A DNA stretch of 64,000 nucleotides from an uncultured SAR86 cluster bacterium. Its GTDB lineage: Bacteria > Pseudomonadota > Gammaproteobacteria > Magnimaribacterales > D2472. Under the pieces are notes generated by a model. It was not told where the DNA came from. It did no database searches and worked only from the letters and a program-made list of their open reading frames with translations. Shown here piece by piece: positions 17,596-28,230 of the stretch (the stretch's first letter is position 1; each line of letters starts with the position of its first letter). The stretch lies in assembly GCA_902509965.1 (NCBI GenBank), contig CABWZP010000001.1:72694-136693 (forward strand), read 5' to 3'. Both the position numbers and the translations under genes were made by a program.

Positions 17596-18462
17596 TTAAA
17601 CCGCCATTTGTGCTTTTATAGCAGGATGATGCTCATAATTTTCTAATATAAAATCATCGACACTTAATGAACTTATATCATCTATTGAATTAATTTCTGG
17701 AAGCTTTAAGTTTGGAAGATCTTTTGGTTTTCTAGATAGTTGCTCTTTAACCTGATCAATACTATTTTTATATATATGCGCATCTCCAAAGGAGTGGACA
17801 AATTTTCCAGGCTTTAGTCCACATATTTTTGCAAATATTGATACAAGTAAAGCATAACTTGCAATATTAAAGGGCACGCCTAAGAACATATCAGCACTTC
17901 TCTGATACATATGACAACTTAAAGATCCGTCCTTAGTAACATAGTACTGAGACATAACATGACAAGGAGGTAATGCCATCTTTTCAAGCTCAGCTACATT
18001 CCATGCACTCAAGATATGTCTTCTTCCATATGGGTTTTTTTGAATTCCATCTAATAATATTTTAATTTGATCAATATTGCCCCAGTTCCTCCATTGGACG
18101 CCATAGACAGGGCCTAATTTTTTTTCAATATCATTATTTGTATAACCAAGCTCTTTGCCCTGTTTATCTGCATTATCTGTCCAAATAGTTGAGTATTTTT
18201 CTAAATCAGCAAGCGATGTTCTATCTTTACCAAATCTTATCTCCGCAAGCCTTCTTTCATCATCTGAACCTTCTAGGAACCACAGCAACTCTGAAACAAC
18301 ACCTTTCCAAGCTAAAGATTTAGTTGTTACAGCTGGAAACCCTTTCTTTAGATCAAACTCTAATTGATGCCCAAAAGAAGATAGAGTTCCCGTATTAGTT
18401 CTATCCTCTCTTTCTTCTCCAGATTCAAGAATATGCGATAGTAAATCTAAATAAGCTTTCAT
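17596..18462 (-). CDS. thyA: thymidylate synthase
   Basis: MKAYLDLLSHIL N-terminus, DRTNTGT, catalytic LPPCH, and QRSADMFLGVPFNIASYALL. The start at ATG 18462 forms an ATGA overlap with the lgt stop; the ORF-track extension to 18543 is not conserved. Confidence 0.95.
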   Translation of the reverse strand: MKAYLDLLSHILESGEEREDRTNTGTLSSFGHQLEFDLKKGFPAVTTKSLAWKGVVSELLWFLEGSDDERRLAEIRFGKDRTSLADLEKYSTIWTDNADKQGKELGYTNNDIEKKLGPVYGVQWRNWGNIDQIKILLDGIQKNPYGRRHILSAWNVAELEKMALPPCHVMSQYYVTKDGSLSCHMYQRSADMFLGVPFNIASYALLVSIFAKICGLKPGKFVHSFGDAHIYKNSIDQVKEQLSRKPKDLPNLKLPEINSIDDISSLSVDDFILENYEHHPAIKAQMAV

Positions 18463-19256
18463 GCTTTCCGTAAAAAATAAGTTAGTAGTGCAAATCCTGC
18501 AAAGATCATTGGCAAGCAAAGCAATTGACCCATACTCAACCATTCTAATGCAACAAAGCCTATATGTGCATCGGGCTGCCTAAAAAATTCTATAAAAAAT
18601 CGTGTTAAGCCATATAAGATCAGAAATGAAGCTGAAACTATACCTCTCCTAGATGTTTTTTTATTAATAATAGTTAGCACTACAAATAGAATTATTCCCT
18701 CAAAAAAACTCTCATATAATTGAGATGGATGTCTTGGAAGACCAAAAGGATCAGTAGGAAAGATAAAACCCCATTCACCTGAGGTTGCTCTTCCATAAAG
18801 TTCCCCATTCAGAAAATTCCCTATTCTTACTAATCCCAAGCCAATTGGCATAGCTAAAGTTATTCCATCTGTAAGCCTAAAGAAATCAAGTTGAAATTTT
18901 TTAGAAAAAATAATTGTGCTTACAATCACTCCAGCAAGACCACCATGAAAACTCAAACCACCTTGCCAGATATAAAAAAGTGAGAGAGGATCATTTACAA
19001 GTTGATCAGTTCCGTAGAAAAACATATATCCAATTCTGCCGCCGATCATAGCTCCAAAGATAAGACCATAAAGAAATACAAGATCATTCACCTGATCAAC
19101 AGATAACGCTAACTCTTTAGTAATGGGATGTGTTTTCAAAAATAAATATATAAAGTATGCAGAAAGCACCCAAGTAACAGCATAATACTGAATATTTAAC
19201 GGTCCCAATGAGATTAAGCTAGGGTTATTAAAAAAATCTGATAATTCAATAATCAT
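18459..19256 (-). CDS. lgt: prolipoprotein diacylglyceryl transferase
   Basis: Multi-TM 265-aa protein with VRIGNFLNGELYGR and HPSQLYE motifs, in an lgt-thyA pair as in E. coli. Confidence 0.95.
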   Translation of the reverse strand: MIIELSDFFNNPSLISLGPLNIQYYAVTWVLSAYFIYLFLKTHPITKELALSVDQVNDLVFLYGLIFGAMIGGRIGYMFFYGTDQLVNDPLSLFYIWQGGLSFHGGLAGVIVSTIIFSKKFQLDFFRLTDGITLAMPIGLGLVRIGNFLNGELYGRATSGEWGFIFPTDPFGLPRHPSQLYESFFEGIILFVVLTIINKKTSRRGIVSASFLILYGLTRFFIEFFRQPDAHIGFVALEWLSMGQLLCLPMIFAGFALLTYFLRKA

Positions 19257-20044
19257 ATTGCTAGCATATACAATGCACCAATTATTAGGAATAAAGAAAA
19301 TAAAATTTTTAGAACTAAATCACTTAAACTGTGAGTGATAGCTACTCCTATTTTCGCAGAGAAAATACTGGTAGCGGATATACCTATGACGGCTGGTAAA
19401 TATATATAACCTAGTGACATTGAAGGAGTATTTTCTATACTCCAGCCAGTATATAAATATCCCAGAGATCCAAATAAAGCTATAGGTACACCACACGCCG
19501 CTGCTGTTCCTATGCAAAGTTTCATCTCATAACCAGAATACCTTAAATAAGGAACAGTGAAACTACCACCACCTATACCTATGATTGATGAAGCCATTCC
19601 TATTCCAGATCCAGATAAAACAGAAGAGATAGAATGACTCTCCCTTTTAGAAGCTTTTATTTCAAAGCTAGAAATTAATTGTATAGCCACGATTATTAAA
19701 AAAATTCCTACTAAGTACCTCAAGTTATCACCTGAAATATTTCCTGCAATAAAAGCTCCTAATATAGCTCCAACAGCAATGCCAGATGAAAGTGGATAAA
19801 AGATTTTCCAAACCACTCCTTTTTTTTGGTTATGAGAATATGCTGAAGCTATTCCAGTAAAGAAAATACTAGCTAAAGAAGTTCCTATAGCAAGGTGAGT
19901 AGTAATAACTTGATCAAATCCCAAATAGATAAAAGTAGCTATCAATGCTGGAACTATGATCACGCCTCCACCAATACCAAACATTCCTGCAAGTGTTCCA
20001 GCAAAAATTCCTACCGAAAGAAATATTATTATCTCCATACCCAT
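19253..20044 (-). CDS. TauE/SafE (TSUP) family anion exporter-like membrane protein
   Basis: 263-aa, ~8-TM protein with internally duplicated Gly-rich helices (GIGGGVIIVP / GIGGGSFTVP). Confidence 0.75.
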   Translation of the reverse strand: MGMEIIIFLSVGIFAGTLAGMFGIGGGVIIVPALIATFIYLGFDQVITTHLAIGTSLASIFFTGIASAYSHNQKKGVVWKIFYPLSSGIAVGAILGAFIAGNISGDNLRYLVGIFLIIVAIQLISSFEIKASKRESHSISSVLSGSGIGMASSIIGIGGGSFTVPYLRYSGYEMKLCIGTAAACGVPIALFGSLGYLYTGWSIENTPSMSLGYIYLPAVIGISATSIFSAKIGVAITHSLSDLVLKILFSLFLIIGALYMLAI

Positions 20045-20527
20045 TTAAGAAATTATCTCCATGTAAGGCATACAGAATTCTTTTAAGACTGAACGATAAA
20101 CATCTTTTTTAAAATCCACAATTGCGTGAAGAGGGTGCCAGTATGATGCCCATTTATAATCATCAAATTCCGGGTTTGCATCATTTGTGAAATCTATCGA
20201 AACATCATTTAAAAGTTTGAACATGAACCACTTTTGTTTTTGGCCCTTAAATTTATTTTTAAAGAAATATTTTTGTATACTCGCTTCAGGAAGATCATAT
20301 TTGTACCAGCCTTCAGAGCTTGTTATCTCTTGAACATCAGAGCGATCTATACCAACTTCTTCATAAAGCTCTCTCAAAGCTGCCTGCTCAGGTTTTTCTC
20401 CAAGATCAATACCTCCTTGTGGAAATTGCCAATTCTCAGAATCTTTTCTTTTGCAAAGCAATAATTTGCCTTTATGATTAACTACAATAAGGCCAACGTT
20501 CAATCTGTATCCTGATTCTCTGGTCAT
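20045..20527 (-). CDS. rppH: RNA pyrophosphohydrolase (Nudix)
   Basis: GYRLNVGLIV N-terminus, Nudix box GGIDLGEKPEQAALRELYEEVG, and QKQKWFMFKL block as in E. coli RppH. Confidence 0.9.
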   Translation of the reverse strand: MTRESGYRLNVGLIVVNHKGKLLLCKRKDSENWQFPQGGIDLGEKPEQAALRELYEEVGIDRSDVQEITSSEGWYKYDLPEASIQKYFFKNKFKGQKQKWFMFKLLNDVSIDFTNDANPEFDDYKWASYWHPLHAIVDFKKDVYRSVLKEFCMPYMEIIS

Positions 20528-20543
20528 AAATGGATTTTGTTAT

Positions 20544-21212
20544 ATGAGTGATAAATTAATAATATTTGATCTAGATAATACCATTCTTAATGGAGATTCT
20601 GATTATTCATGGATTAAATTTATGATCGATTCTGATCAAGTTGACTATGATGAATATACAAAGAAGAATGAGTATTTTTATGATCAATATTATCAAGGAA
20701 ATCTAGATTATGATGCTTGGGCTGAATTTGCTCTTTCAACATTTAAAGATAAAACACCAGAACAATTAAAAGAATTATTAACAGAATTTGTAAATTCTAT
20801 AATTGAGCCTATGATAAATATTTATGCACTAAGACTTTTACATGAACACTCTCATGATAATGATTTTATGCTTTTAGCCTCTGCTACCAATTCAATAATT
20901 GTTCAACCCATAGCAGAGAGGTTAGGCTTCAAGCATATTATTGCTACAGACGTTGAGATTATTGATGGTAAATATACTGGCAAAATGAAAGGAGAATCCG
21001 CATTGGGTAAAGGTAAATTAAATAAAGTAAAACAATGGATGAATAAAAATGGGTTTAACAATTTTGACAATACAACCTTTTACTCAGATTCAATCAATGA
21101 TTTACCTCTACTATTAGAGGTCTCTAATCCGATAGGTGTTAATCCTGATGAGCAATTGAGAACTGTATGTTGGGAAGCTAATTGGGAAATTATTGAGCTA
21201 CCAATTCACTAA
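20544..21212 (+). CDS. HAD-IB family hydrolase (SerB-like)
   Basis: Motif I FDLDNT, later [10 protein letters not shown], 222 aa. Confidence 0.75.
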   Translation: MSDKLIIFDLDNTILNGDSDYSWIKFMIDSDQVDYDEYTKKNEYFYDQYYQGNLDYDAWAEFALSTFKDKTPEQLKELLTEFVNSIIEPMINIYALRLLHEHSHDNDFMLLASATNSIIVQPIAERLGFKHIIATDVEIIDGKYTGKMKGESALGKGKLNKVKQWMNKNGFNNFDNTTFYSDSINDLPLLLEVSNPIGVNPDEQLRTVCWEANWEIIELPIH

Positions 21213-24061
21213 AAATCATCCATAGAAGGGCAACTACAAATTAAATTTCTATCACCATAGGTATTATCAACTCTACCAACTGGCGGCCAGAACTTATTAT
21301 TTTTTAAACTTTTAACTGGATAGGCGGCCCTAATTCTTGAATAAGAGTGCGCCCACTCATCACTAGCCATCTCTTCTGCTGTATGCGGAGCATTTTTTAG
21401 CATATTGTCATTCTTATCAAGAGCGCCACTCTCAATGTCAGAAATTTCTTTTCGAATACTTATCATAGCATCACAAAAACGATCTAGTTCTGCTCTAGAT
21501 TCACTTTCAGTAGGCTCAATCATAAGAGTTCCAGCAACAGGCCAGGACATAGTCGGAGCATGAAAACCATAATCAATTAATCTTTTAGCAATATCCTCTA
21601 CCTCCACTTCAGCAGAATCTTTGAAAGGCCTTACATCTAAAATGCATTCATGAGCAACAAGCCCACTTTCTCCTTTATACAAAATTTGATAATCATCTTT
21701 CAATCTGAAAGCTATGTAATTAGCATTTAATATCGCAATCTCAGTCGCCTTTTTAAGGCCATTCGCACCCATCATTTTAATATACATCCAGCTAATAGGA
21801 AGAATGCTCGCACTTCCCCAGTCCGATCCAGAAACTGGACCAACTTTTCTACTAGAATTATTATGAAAACCCGGTACAAATTCTTTAAGTTTATCGACAA
21901 CTCCAATCGGACCAACTCCGGGTCCTCCACCTCCATGAGGGATACAGAAAGTTTTATGAAGATTAAGGTGCGAAACATCACCACCAAAATGTCCAGGATA
22001 ACAAAGACCAACCATAGCATTCAGGTTAGCTCCATCTATATAAACTAAACCGCCAGCATCATGAACAATTTTACAAACTTCTGTGACTGAGGATTCAAAT
22101 ACACCATGAGTTGAAGGATAGGTAATCATAATTGCTGATAATTGATCTTTATACAGCTCAGTTTTTTCTTTTAAATCTTTAATAGAGATATTTCCTTCCA
22201 AGTTGCACTCAATTGGAACCACCTCAAGTCCAACCATTTGGGCCGATGCAGGATTTGTTCCATGTGCTGATCTAGGTATTAGACATATATTTCTTTCACA
22301 GTCACCTTTGCTCTTGTGATAGGCATTAATGGCTAGGAGACCTGCAAATTCTCCTTGTGATCCAGCATTAGGCTGTAATGAGACTCCTTTATAACCTGTA
22401 ATAGCAATTAGCATAGATTCAAGCTCATCAGTTAACTCTATATATCCATCTATTTGATTAGCTGGAACTAGGGGGTGAATGGAAGAAAACTCTGGCCAGC
22501 TAACTGGCATCATTTCTGAGGCTGAATTAAGTTTCATCGTGCACGAGCCTAATGGAATCATAGCCGTGTCCAATGCAATATCTTTATTAAATAGTCTCCT
22601 AATGTACCTCATTAACTCTGTTTCTGTCTGATAGTCATTAAATACGCTATGAGTAAGATAATTTGAAGTTCTAATAAGATTTTCTGGTATTGAGGTAGAA
22701 AGATTATTTAAAGCAGATATATCTTCATCACAAAAAATACTCACTATCTCCTTAAGATCCTCAAAAGATACAGATTCATCTATCGTAATACCTATAGAAG
22801 AATCATCAATTAATCTTAAATTAATTTTTTTATCTAAGGCTTTTTCTATATAGCCTTGAGTCTTGTCACCCGAAAGGATAACGAGAGTGTCAAAAAATGT
22901 TGAAGATTTAAAATCAATGTCATTTTTAGTAAGAGCTAGCATTAATAATCTAGCAAAGTCATTAACCCTTTGGCCAATTGCTTTTAGGCCCTCTGAACCG
23001 TGGTAAACAGCATAAAATCCAGCCATGATTGCTAACAATGCTTGAGCAGTGCATATATTACTTGTCGCTTTTTCTCTTCTTATATGCTGTTCTCTGGTTT
23101 GTAATGCCAGTCTATATGCAATATTCCCATGTGAGTCTATTGAGGCTCCAACAATTCTTCCTGGCAAAGAGCGTTTGTATGATTCTTTTGCTGCCATGAA
23201 TGCAGCATGCGGCCCACCAAAACCAATGGGCACACCAAATCTCTGAGATGATCCTATAACAATATCTGCTCCAAATTCACCTGGCGGTTTAATCAAAGTT
23301 AATGCAAGTATATCTGCAGCAAAAATAACAAGAGCATCATTTTTATGACTAGAATCAACTAGATCAGAAAAATCACGGATAACTCCATCCACTCCTGGAT
23401 ATTGAACAAGTGCAGCAAAATATTCTTCATCTTGCATTTTTTGAGGATCACCGATTTTTATTTCTATACCCAATGGCTTAGCTCTTGTCTTTAATACATT
23501 AATAGTTTGCGGAAGACATTGTTCATCAACTATAAATAAACTTGCTTTAGATTTACTTATTCTTTTTGCAAGCGTCATGGCTTCAGCTGCAGCAGTAGGC
23601 TCATCAAGTAATGAGGCATTTGCTATCTCCATTCCAGTAAGGTCACAAATCATTGTTTGATAATTAATAAGAGCCTCTAGTCTTCCCTGAGCAATTTCTG
23701 GTTGATAGGGGGTATAAGAGGTATACCAACCCGGATTTTCAAAAATATTTCTTACAATAGGTGCTGGAGTTACTGAGTTATAAAAACCTTGCCCTATATA
23801 TGTTTTATAAACTTTATTTTTTTTACTAATTTTCTCTAAATATCTGAGCGCCTCCTCTTCGGATAATTCAGAGCTTAGATTTAAAGATTCAGGACTATAA
23901 ATATTTTTTGGAACTATAGATTGTATAAAATCATCCATTGATGAAAACCCTATATCCTTAAGCATTTCAGCCGATACTTTTTGATCTATCCCGATATGCC
24001 GGCGTGAAAAGGAATTTAAATTTGAATTCATGGTTTCAATAGCTTTTTCTTTCTTAGACAT
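21209..24061 (-). CDS. gcvP: glycine dehydrogenase (decarboxylating), single-chain P protein
   Basis: 950 aa with the PLP-lysine region [19 protein letters not shown]. It is the last gene of gcvT-H-P. Confidence 0.97.
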   Translation of the reverse strand: MSKKEKAIETMNSNLNSFSRRHIGIDQKVSAEMLKDIGFSSMDDFIQSIVPKNIYSPESLNLSSELSEEEALRYLEKISKKNKVYKTYIGQGFYNSVTPAPIVRNIFENPGWYTSYTPYQPEIAQGRLEALINYQTMICDLTGMEIANASLLDEPTAAAEAMTLAKRISKSKASLFIVDEQCLPQTINVLKTRAKPLGIEIKIGDPQKMQDEEYFAALVQYPGVDGVIRDFSDLVDSSHKNDALVIFAADILALTLIKPPGEFGADIVIGSSQRFGVPIGFGGPHAAFMAAKESYKRSLPGRIVGASIDSHGNIAYRLALQTREQHIRREKATSNICTAQALLAIMAGFYAVYHGSEGLKAIGQRVNDFARLLMLALTKNDIDFKSSTFFDTLVILSGDKTQGYIEKALDKKINLRLIDDSSIGITIDESVSFEDLKEIVSIFCDEDISALNNLSTSIPENLIRTSNYLTHSVFNDYQTETELMRYIRRLFNKDIALDTAMIPLGSCTMKLNSASEMMPVSWPEFSSIHPLVPANQIDGYIELTDELESMLIAITGYKGVSLQPNAGSQGEFAGLLAINAYHKSKGDCERNICLIPRSAHGTNPASAQMVGLEVVPIECNLEGNISIKDLKEKTELYKDQLSAIMITYPSTHGVFESSVTEVCKIVHDAGGLVYIDGANLNAMVGLCYPGHFGGDVSHLNLHKTFCIPHGGGGPGVGPIGVVDKLKEFVPGFHNNSSRKVGPVSGSDWGSASILPISWMYIKMMGANGLKKATEIAILNANYIAFRLKDDYQILYKGESGLVAHECILDVRPFKDSAEVEVEDIAKRLIDYGFHAPTMSWPVAGTLMIEPTESESRAELDRFCDAMISIRKEISDIESGALDKNDNMLKNAPHTAEEMASDEWAHSYSRIRAAYPVKSLKNNKFWPPVGRVDNTYGDRNLICSCPSMDDF

Positions 24062-24105
24062 TATAAAAACCGATTATAGTAAATGCGGTTTGAAGTTTAG
24101 ACATA

Positions 24106-24492
24106 TTATTCTTCGCAGACTTCGCTGTATTCTTCAGGTGACAGTAATTCGTTGATCTCATCTAAATCATCAGGCTGTATTTTATAAAACCATCCATCAG
24201 AGTATGGAGATTCATTAACAGTTTCAGGATTATCTAGAAGCAGCTCATTGACTTCAATTATTTCTCCAGAAACAGGAGAGTAAACATCTGAAGCAGCTTT
24301 AACCGATTCGACAATTGCCACCTCATCTTCTGCATTCATTTGAGTACCTATATCTGGGAGCTCTACGAAAACAATATCACCTAAAAGGTCCTGAGCATGA
24401 TCAGAGATACCAACTGTTACAGTCCCATCTTGTTCAACTCTTACCCATTCATGTGATGTTTTAAACTTTAGATCGCCAGGAATTTCATTCAT
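24106..24492 (-). CDS. gcvH: glycine cleavage system H protein
   Basis: 128 aa with the lipoyl-lysine motif VESVKAASD. Confidence 0.95.
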   Translation of the reverse strand: MNEIPGDLKFKTSHEWVRVEQDGTVTVGISDHAQDLLGDIVFVELPDIGTQMNAEDEVAIVESVKAASDVYSPVSGEIIEVNELLLDNPETVNESPYSDGWFYKIQPDDLDEINELLSPEEYSEVCEE

Positions 24493-25550
24493 ATAAGCAT
24501 TTTACCTTTTTTCATAAATGGCGGCGATACTATTTCGACTTTAAATTCATTATTTCTTATTTTAACTCTTCCTTCTCCATTATGACCTTTATCTAATCTT
24601 GCAAATGCAATACTAAAACCAAAAGAAGGAGAATAAGAGCCACTCAATATTTCACCATTACCAGCTTTATGTTCAACTAGTTGATGTGATCTTAAAATTC
24701 CTTTGTCTCTTAAAATAATTCCCTTCAATTCTTTGTATGTATCTTTTTTTATGTCTTCAAGAGCTATTTTTCCAATGAAATCTCTATTTTTATCATTTAA
24801 ATCTATTGTCCATGCTAGGTTTGATTCATATGGATTATTATTTATATCCATATCAGAGCCATAAAGATTTAATCCAGCCTCTAATCTCAAAGTATCTCTA
24901 GCACCCAGTCCAATAGGTGATGCTCCTGCTTCCAGCAGATCCATCCAGAATGATTCAACATCAGAATTGTCTATAACAACCTCAAATCCCTCTTCACCGG
25001 TATAACCTGTTTTAGCTATCATCGATGAGTTATAAATTTTTACATCAAAATCAGACATTGTATTTAGATTATAAATACCAATTTTGTCTAGAATATTTTC
25101 AGAATTAGGCCCTTGAATGGCAACAATAGATAAATCACTCATAAGTTTTATTTTCACATCATAATTTTTAGATTGTTTAAGAAACCAATCGTGATTTTGT
25201 GAACGAGTAGCGCAATTTGAAATTATCCTATAGTGAGTTCCGAGGTTATAAACGATTAAGTCATCTAATATACCGCCATCATTATTTAGAAGAGGGCTAT
25301 ATAAAGCCCTTCCAGAGTTCTTAATTTTATTTACATCATTTGGTAAAAGATATTTTAAAAATTCTTCCTGCTCTGAGCCACTTAAATCAAATATAGACAT
25401 ATGAGATACATCAAATATCCCAACATCAGATCTTACAACCTTATGTTCATTAATCTGTGAACCATAATTAATAGGCATACTCCAGCCACCAAAATCTACC
25501 ATCTTGGCACCAAGATTTTTGTGCTGTTCAAATAAAGTAGTTTTATTCAT
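24489..25550 (-). CDS. gcvT: aminomethyltransferase (glycine cleavage T protein)
   Basis: TTLFEQHKNLGAKMVDFGGWSMP N-terminus. I place the start at ATG 25550, 10 nt after AGAGG; the ORF-track TTG at 25559 has no usable SD spacing. Confidence 0.93.
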   Translation of the reverse strand: MNKTTLFEQHKNLGAKMVDFGGWSMPINYGSQINEHKVVRSDVGIFDVSHMSIFDLSGSEQEEFLKYLLPNDVNKIKNSGRALYSPLLNNDGGILDDLIVYNLGTHYRIISNCATRSQNHDWFLKQSKNYDVKIKLMSDLSIVAIQGPNSENILDKIGIYNLNTMSDFDVKIYNSSMIAKTGYTGEEGFEVVIDNSDVESFWMDLLEAGASPIGLGARDTLRLEAGLNLYGSDMDINNNPYESNLAWTIDLNDKNRDFIGKIALEDIKKDTYKELKGIILRDKGILRSHQLVEHKAGNGEILSGSYSPSFGFSIAFARLDKGHNGEGRVKIRNNEFKVEIVSPPFMKKGKMLI

Positions 25551-27087
25551 TTCTATCAAGCCTCTTATTCAAAAAATAAACCAATATAAAACTTAGCATG
25601 ACGAGTAAGAGGCTTGGATTTGCTGCTAATTCCCATTGACCCTCACTTGTAAAGTTATAGATTTTTGATGATAGGGTCTCAAATCCTACAGGCCTTAGAA
25701 TCAAAGTAGCAGGCTGCTCTTTTACCACCTCAATAAATACTACTAGAAATGCTACGAGCATCGCGGGCCTCATGGATGGAAGATACAGAGAAGTAAATGC
25801 TTTTAGCGAGTTAACAGGCATAGTAGAAAGAGCCTTCTTGCTAGATTCGGGTATGTTTTCTAATGCTGAAATTAGGTATTGAAAAGCAGGAGTCATAAAT
25901 CGTATAGATAAACATAAAACCAAACCAAAAATTCCTATAGATGTAATAGAGATTCCAAATAGCTCATTAATAACAATTAATAAACCAACAGCAATAACTG
26001 ATCCTGGCAATGCATATCCAATCGTTGCCGCTGTATAAATACCTTTCATTTTAGTAGAGCCTGCGTAGGCAAGAGATAGAACTAATGCAGTAATGCTAAT
26101 CAATAAGGCTGTAAAAAAGCCAAGAAATCCAGAATTCATAAAAAGTTTAATATTTGAGACTGATAGAAATGTTTCACTTAAGTCACTCCATACTAATAAT
26201 TGAAGAAAAGGTAATCCAAACGCAATTATGAATAGCAAAGAACATGCAGAGCAGCAAATAATTCCTAATGATTTATTTAAAGGGATTTTGTCAAAAGAAT
26301 CATGCGATATTGAACCAGTTTTATTTGAATCTGTAAGTTTCTTACTTAAGATAAGTAAAAGAATAACAAAAATGAATAAAATTCCTGCTAACCTAGCCCC
26401 ACTAAAATAATCTTGATAACCAAACCAAGCATTATAGATTGCTACGGTAAATGTCTCAATTCTAAGCGTTGACACGCCCCCAAAATCTGCAAGAGTCTCA
26501 AGCATTGCTAAGATCATTCCAGCAATAATTGCTGGTTTTAAGGCCGGTAATAAAATAGTTTTTATGGCTGTTATGTCTGATTTACCAAGCGTCTTTGCTG
26601 CTTTAAAAATAGGAATTCCTAAATATCTAATTTGGGCTTTCATTAAAAGAAAAATATAAGGATATAGAGCAAGTGACATAATTATAGATGCTCCAAGAAT
26701 ATTTCTTACCGAAGGCAGTATAATTTCAAAGTCTCTAAACCATGTTGCTATAGGACCCGAATATTCAAGACCTCCAACAAAAATAAATGCATAAATATAT
26801 GCAGGAAAGGCAAGCGGCAAGGTTAGGGACCAGCTAAAAAACTGATGACCTGGGAATTTATAGAGACTGGTTATTATTGCAAAAGGCGCAGCAATAATAA
26901 AAGTAAAAAATCCTACAAGAATAGTTAGAGAAATAGTATTTATTAAGAGTTTTGAAATGAGTGCGGATGTAAGAAAATTTTCAGAAAAACTTTGTAGAAA
27001 AGCTAAAGTAAGAAAAGATATAAAAAAAAATATTGAAAATCCTACCCAAGGAGCTGAAAGGTATTTCCAAATTTTTAAGTGCTGCAT
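25543..27087 (-). CDS. two-domain ABC importer permease (FbpB/ThiP-like, iron(III) or thiamine type)
   Basis: 514 aa with ~12 TM helices arranged as two tandem binding-protein-dependent permease domains. No ATPase or binding-protein gene is adjacent. Confidence 0.7.
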   Translation of the reverse strand: MQHLKIWKYLSAPWVGFSIFFFISFLTLAFLQSFSENFLTSALISKLLINTISLTILVGFFTFIIAAPFAIITSLYKFPGHQFFSWSLTLPLAFPAYIYAFIFVGGLEYSGPIATWFRDFEIILPSVRNILGASIIMSLALYPYIFLLMKAQIRYLGIPIFKAAKTLGKSDITAIKTILLPALKPAIIAGMILAMLETLADFGGVSTLRIETFTVAIYNAWFGYQDYFSGARLAGILFIFVILLLILSKKLTDSNKTGSISHDSFDKIPLNKSLGIICCSACSLLFIIAFGLPFLQLLVWSDLSETFLSVSNIKLFMNSGFLGFFTALLISITALVLSLAYAGSTKMKGIYTAATIGYALPGSVIAVGLLIVINELFGISITSIGIFGLVLCLSIRFMTPAFQYLISALENIPESSKKALSTMPVNSLKAFTSLYLPSMRPAMLVAFLVVFIEVVKEQPATLILRPVGFETLSSKIYNFTSEGQWELAANPSLLLVMLSFILVYFLNKRLDRNE

Positions 27088-27088
27088 C

Positions 27089-28204
27089 TTATTCTTCTAA
27101 AATATTTTTCTTAGGCTGTTTGAGATTCTTTTTATTTTTGGCACCCAATTTCTCAAGATCTTTCATTTGATTAAATAAATTACCTTGCCCTTCATATAAT
27201 TTGTTTTGCGCGCCAAGAAAAGATTTCTCAACACTCTTTAAATGACGACCAACGTCGTCTAAATCATCTGTTAAACCAGAAAACTTATCTATTAAATGTC
27301 CTGCTCGTTCAGCAATTAAGTCTGCATGCTTATTATGCTTATCAAGCCTCCACAGATTTTCAGCTATCCTTAAGATAGCTATCAAGTTTGTCGGAGTAAC
27401 AAAAGCCATCCTATTATCATTAGCATACTTTTGTAATTCCCAATCATTTGTAAGAGCTAATGATAGAGCTGACTCAATTGGAACAAACATAAGCACATAA
27501 TCGGGAGAGTTTATCTCTGGTAAAGCATGATAATCTTGTTCTTTTAGAGATTTCATATTTTTCTTCAATGAAGCTATATGATCTTTTAAATGTACTTCTT
27601 TAAGTTTTATATCATCTTCTTTAATAAATTTTTCGTAAGCAGTTAGCGAGACCTTAGAATCGATAACAATGTTCCTTTCCCCTGGCAAATATATGACAGC
27701 ATCAGGTATTTTTAAAGAACCATCTGATGCTCTAAAACCTTTTTGTAATTCGTAATTTAACCCTTTCTCTAGTCCAGATTCCTCAAGCGTTCTTTCTAGT
27801 ATTTGCTCGCCCCATAAACCTTGAGCCTTTGAATCACCCTTAAGAGCATTGGTTAAATTCTGGGTATTATCATTCATACTATCTGTGGCTTTTAAAAGTT
27901 GATCTACCTGATTTTTAAAGCTTTCTTTTGCAGCTGATTGTTCTTTTTGTTGAGTTTGGATTTGTTCTTTTAAATCTTTTATCTGCTCTTTAAAAGGTTC
28001 TAAGGTTAAGTTAAGGTCTTTTAAATTCTTTTGAGACAAAGAATCAGTTTTTTCTTCAAGAATTTTATTAGCAATATTAATAAAGCTCATCTCTATTAGT
28101 TTTGCGTTATTTTTTTTCATTTTTACGATGACAAATAAAATTATTGCCAAGCTAAAAATAATTAAAAGTCCTAAAATTATATTTTGTTCAACCATTAGAT
28201 ACAT
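27089..28204 (-). CDS. rmuC: DNA recombination protein RmuC
   Basis: N-terminal TM helix, a long coiled coil, and the RmuC C-terminal domain (PDAVIYLPGERNIVIDSKVSL...MFVPIE). Confidence 0.85.
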   Translation of the reverse strand: MYLMVEQNIILGLLIIFSLAIILFVIVKMKKNNAKLIEMSFINIANKILEEKTDSLSQKNLKDLNLTLEPFKEQIKDLKEQIQTQQKEQSAAKESFKNQVDQLLKATDSMNDNTQNLTNALKGDSKAQGLWGEQILERTLEESGLEKGLNYELQKGFRASDGSLKIPDAVIYLPGERNIVIDSKVSLTAYEKFIKEDDIKLKEVHLKDHIASLKKNMKSLKEQDYHALPEINSPDYVLMFVPIESALSLALTNDWELQKYANDNRMAFVTPTNLIAILRIAENLWRLDKHNKHADLIAERAGHLIDKFSGLTDDLDDVGRHLKSVEKSFLGAQNKLYEGQGNLFNQMKDLEKLGAKNKKNLKQPKKNILEE

Positions 28205-28230
28205 TATTCCATTAAAATATATCTCATACT

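Noticed and set aside
18463-18543. 27-codon N-terminal extension of thyA in the ORF track
   Set aside because: The extension is not ThyA-like and lies inside the 3' end of lgt. The conserved MKAYLDLL start at 18462 forms an ATGA junction with the lgt stop.
25551-25640. Glycine riboswitch upstream of gcvT
   Set aside because: There is no non-coding leader, because the gcvT start overlaps the preceding permease gene. I saw none of the tandem-aptamer conserved stretches in that coding sequence.
27089-28204. RmuC as part of an anti-phage defence locus
   Set aside because: It has the standard stand-alone housekeeping RmuC architecture, and its neighbours are an ABC permease and an aminotransferase. 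There is no nuclease, helicase or methylase partner and no island context.
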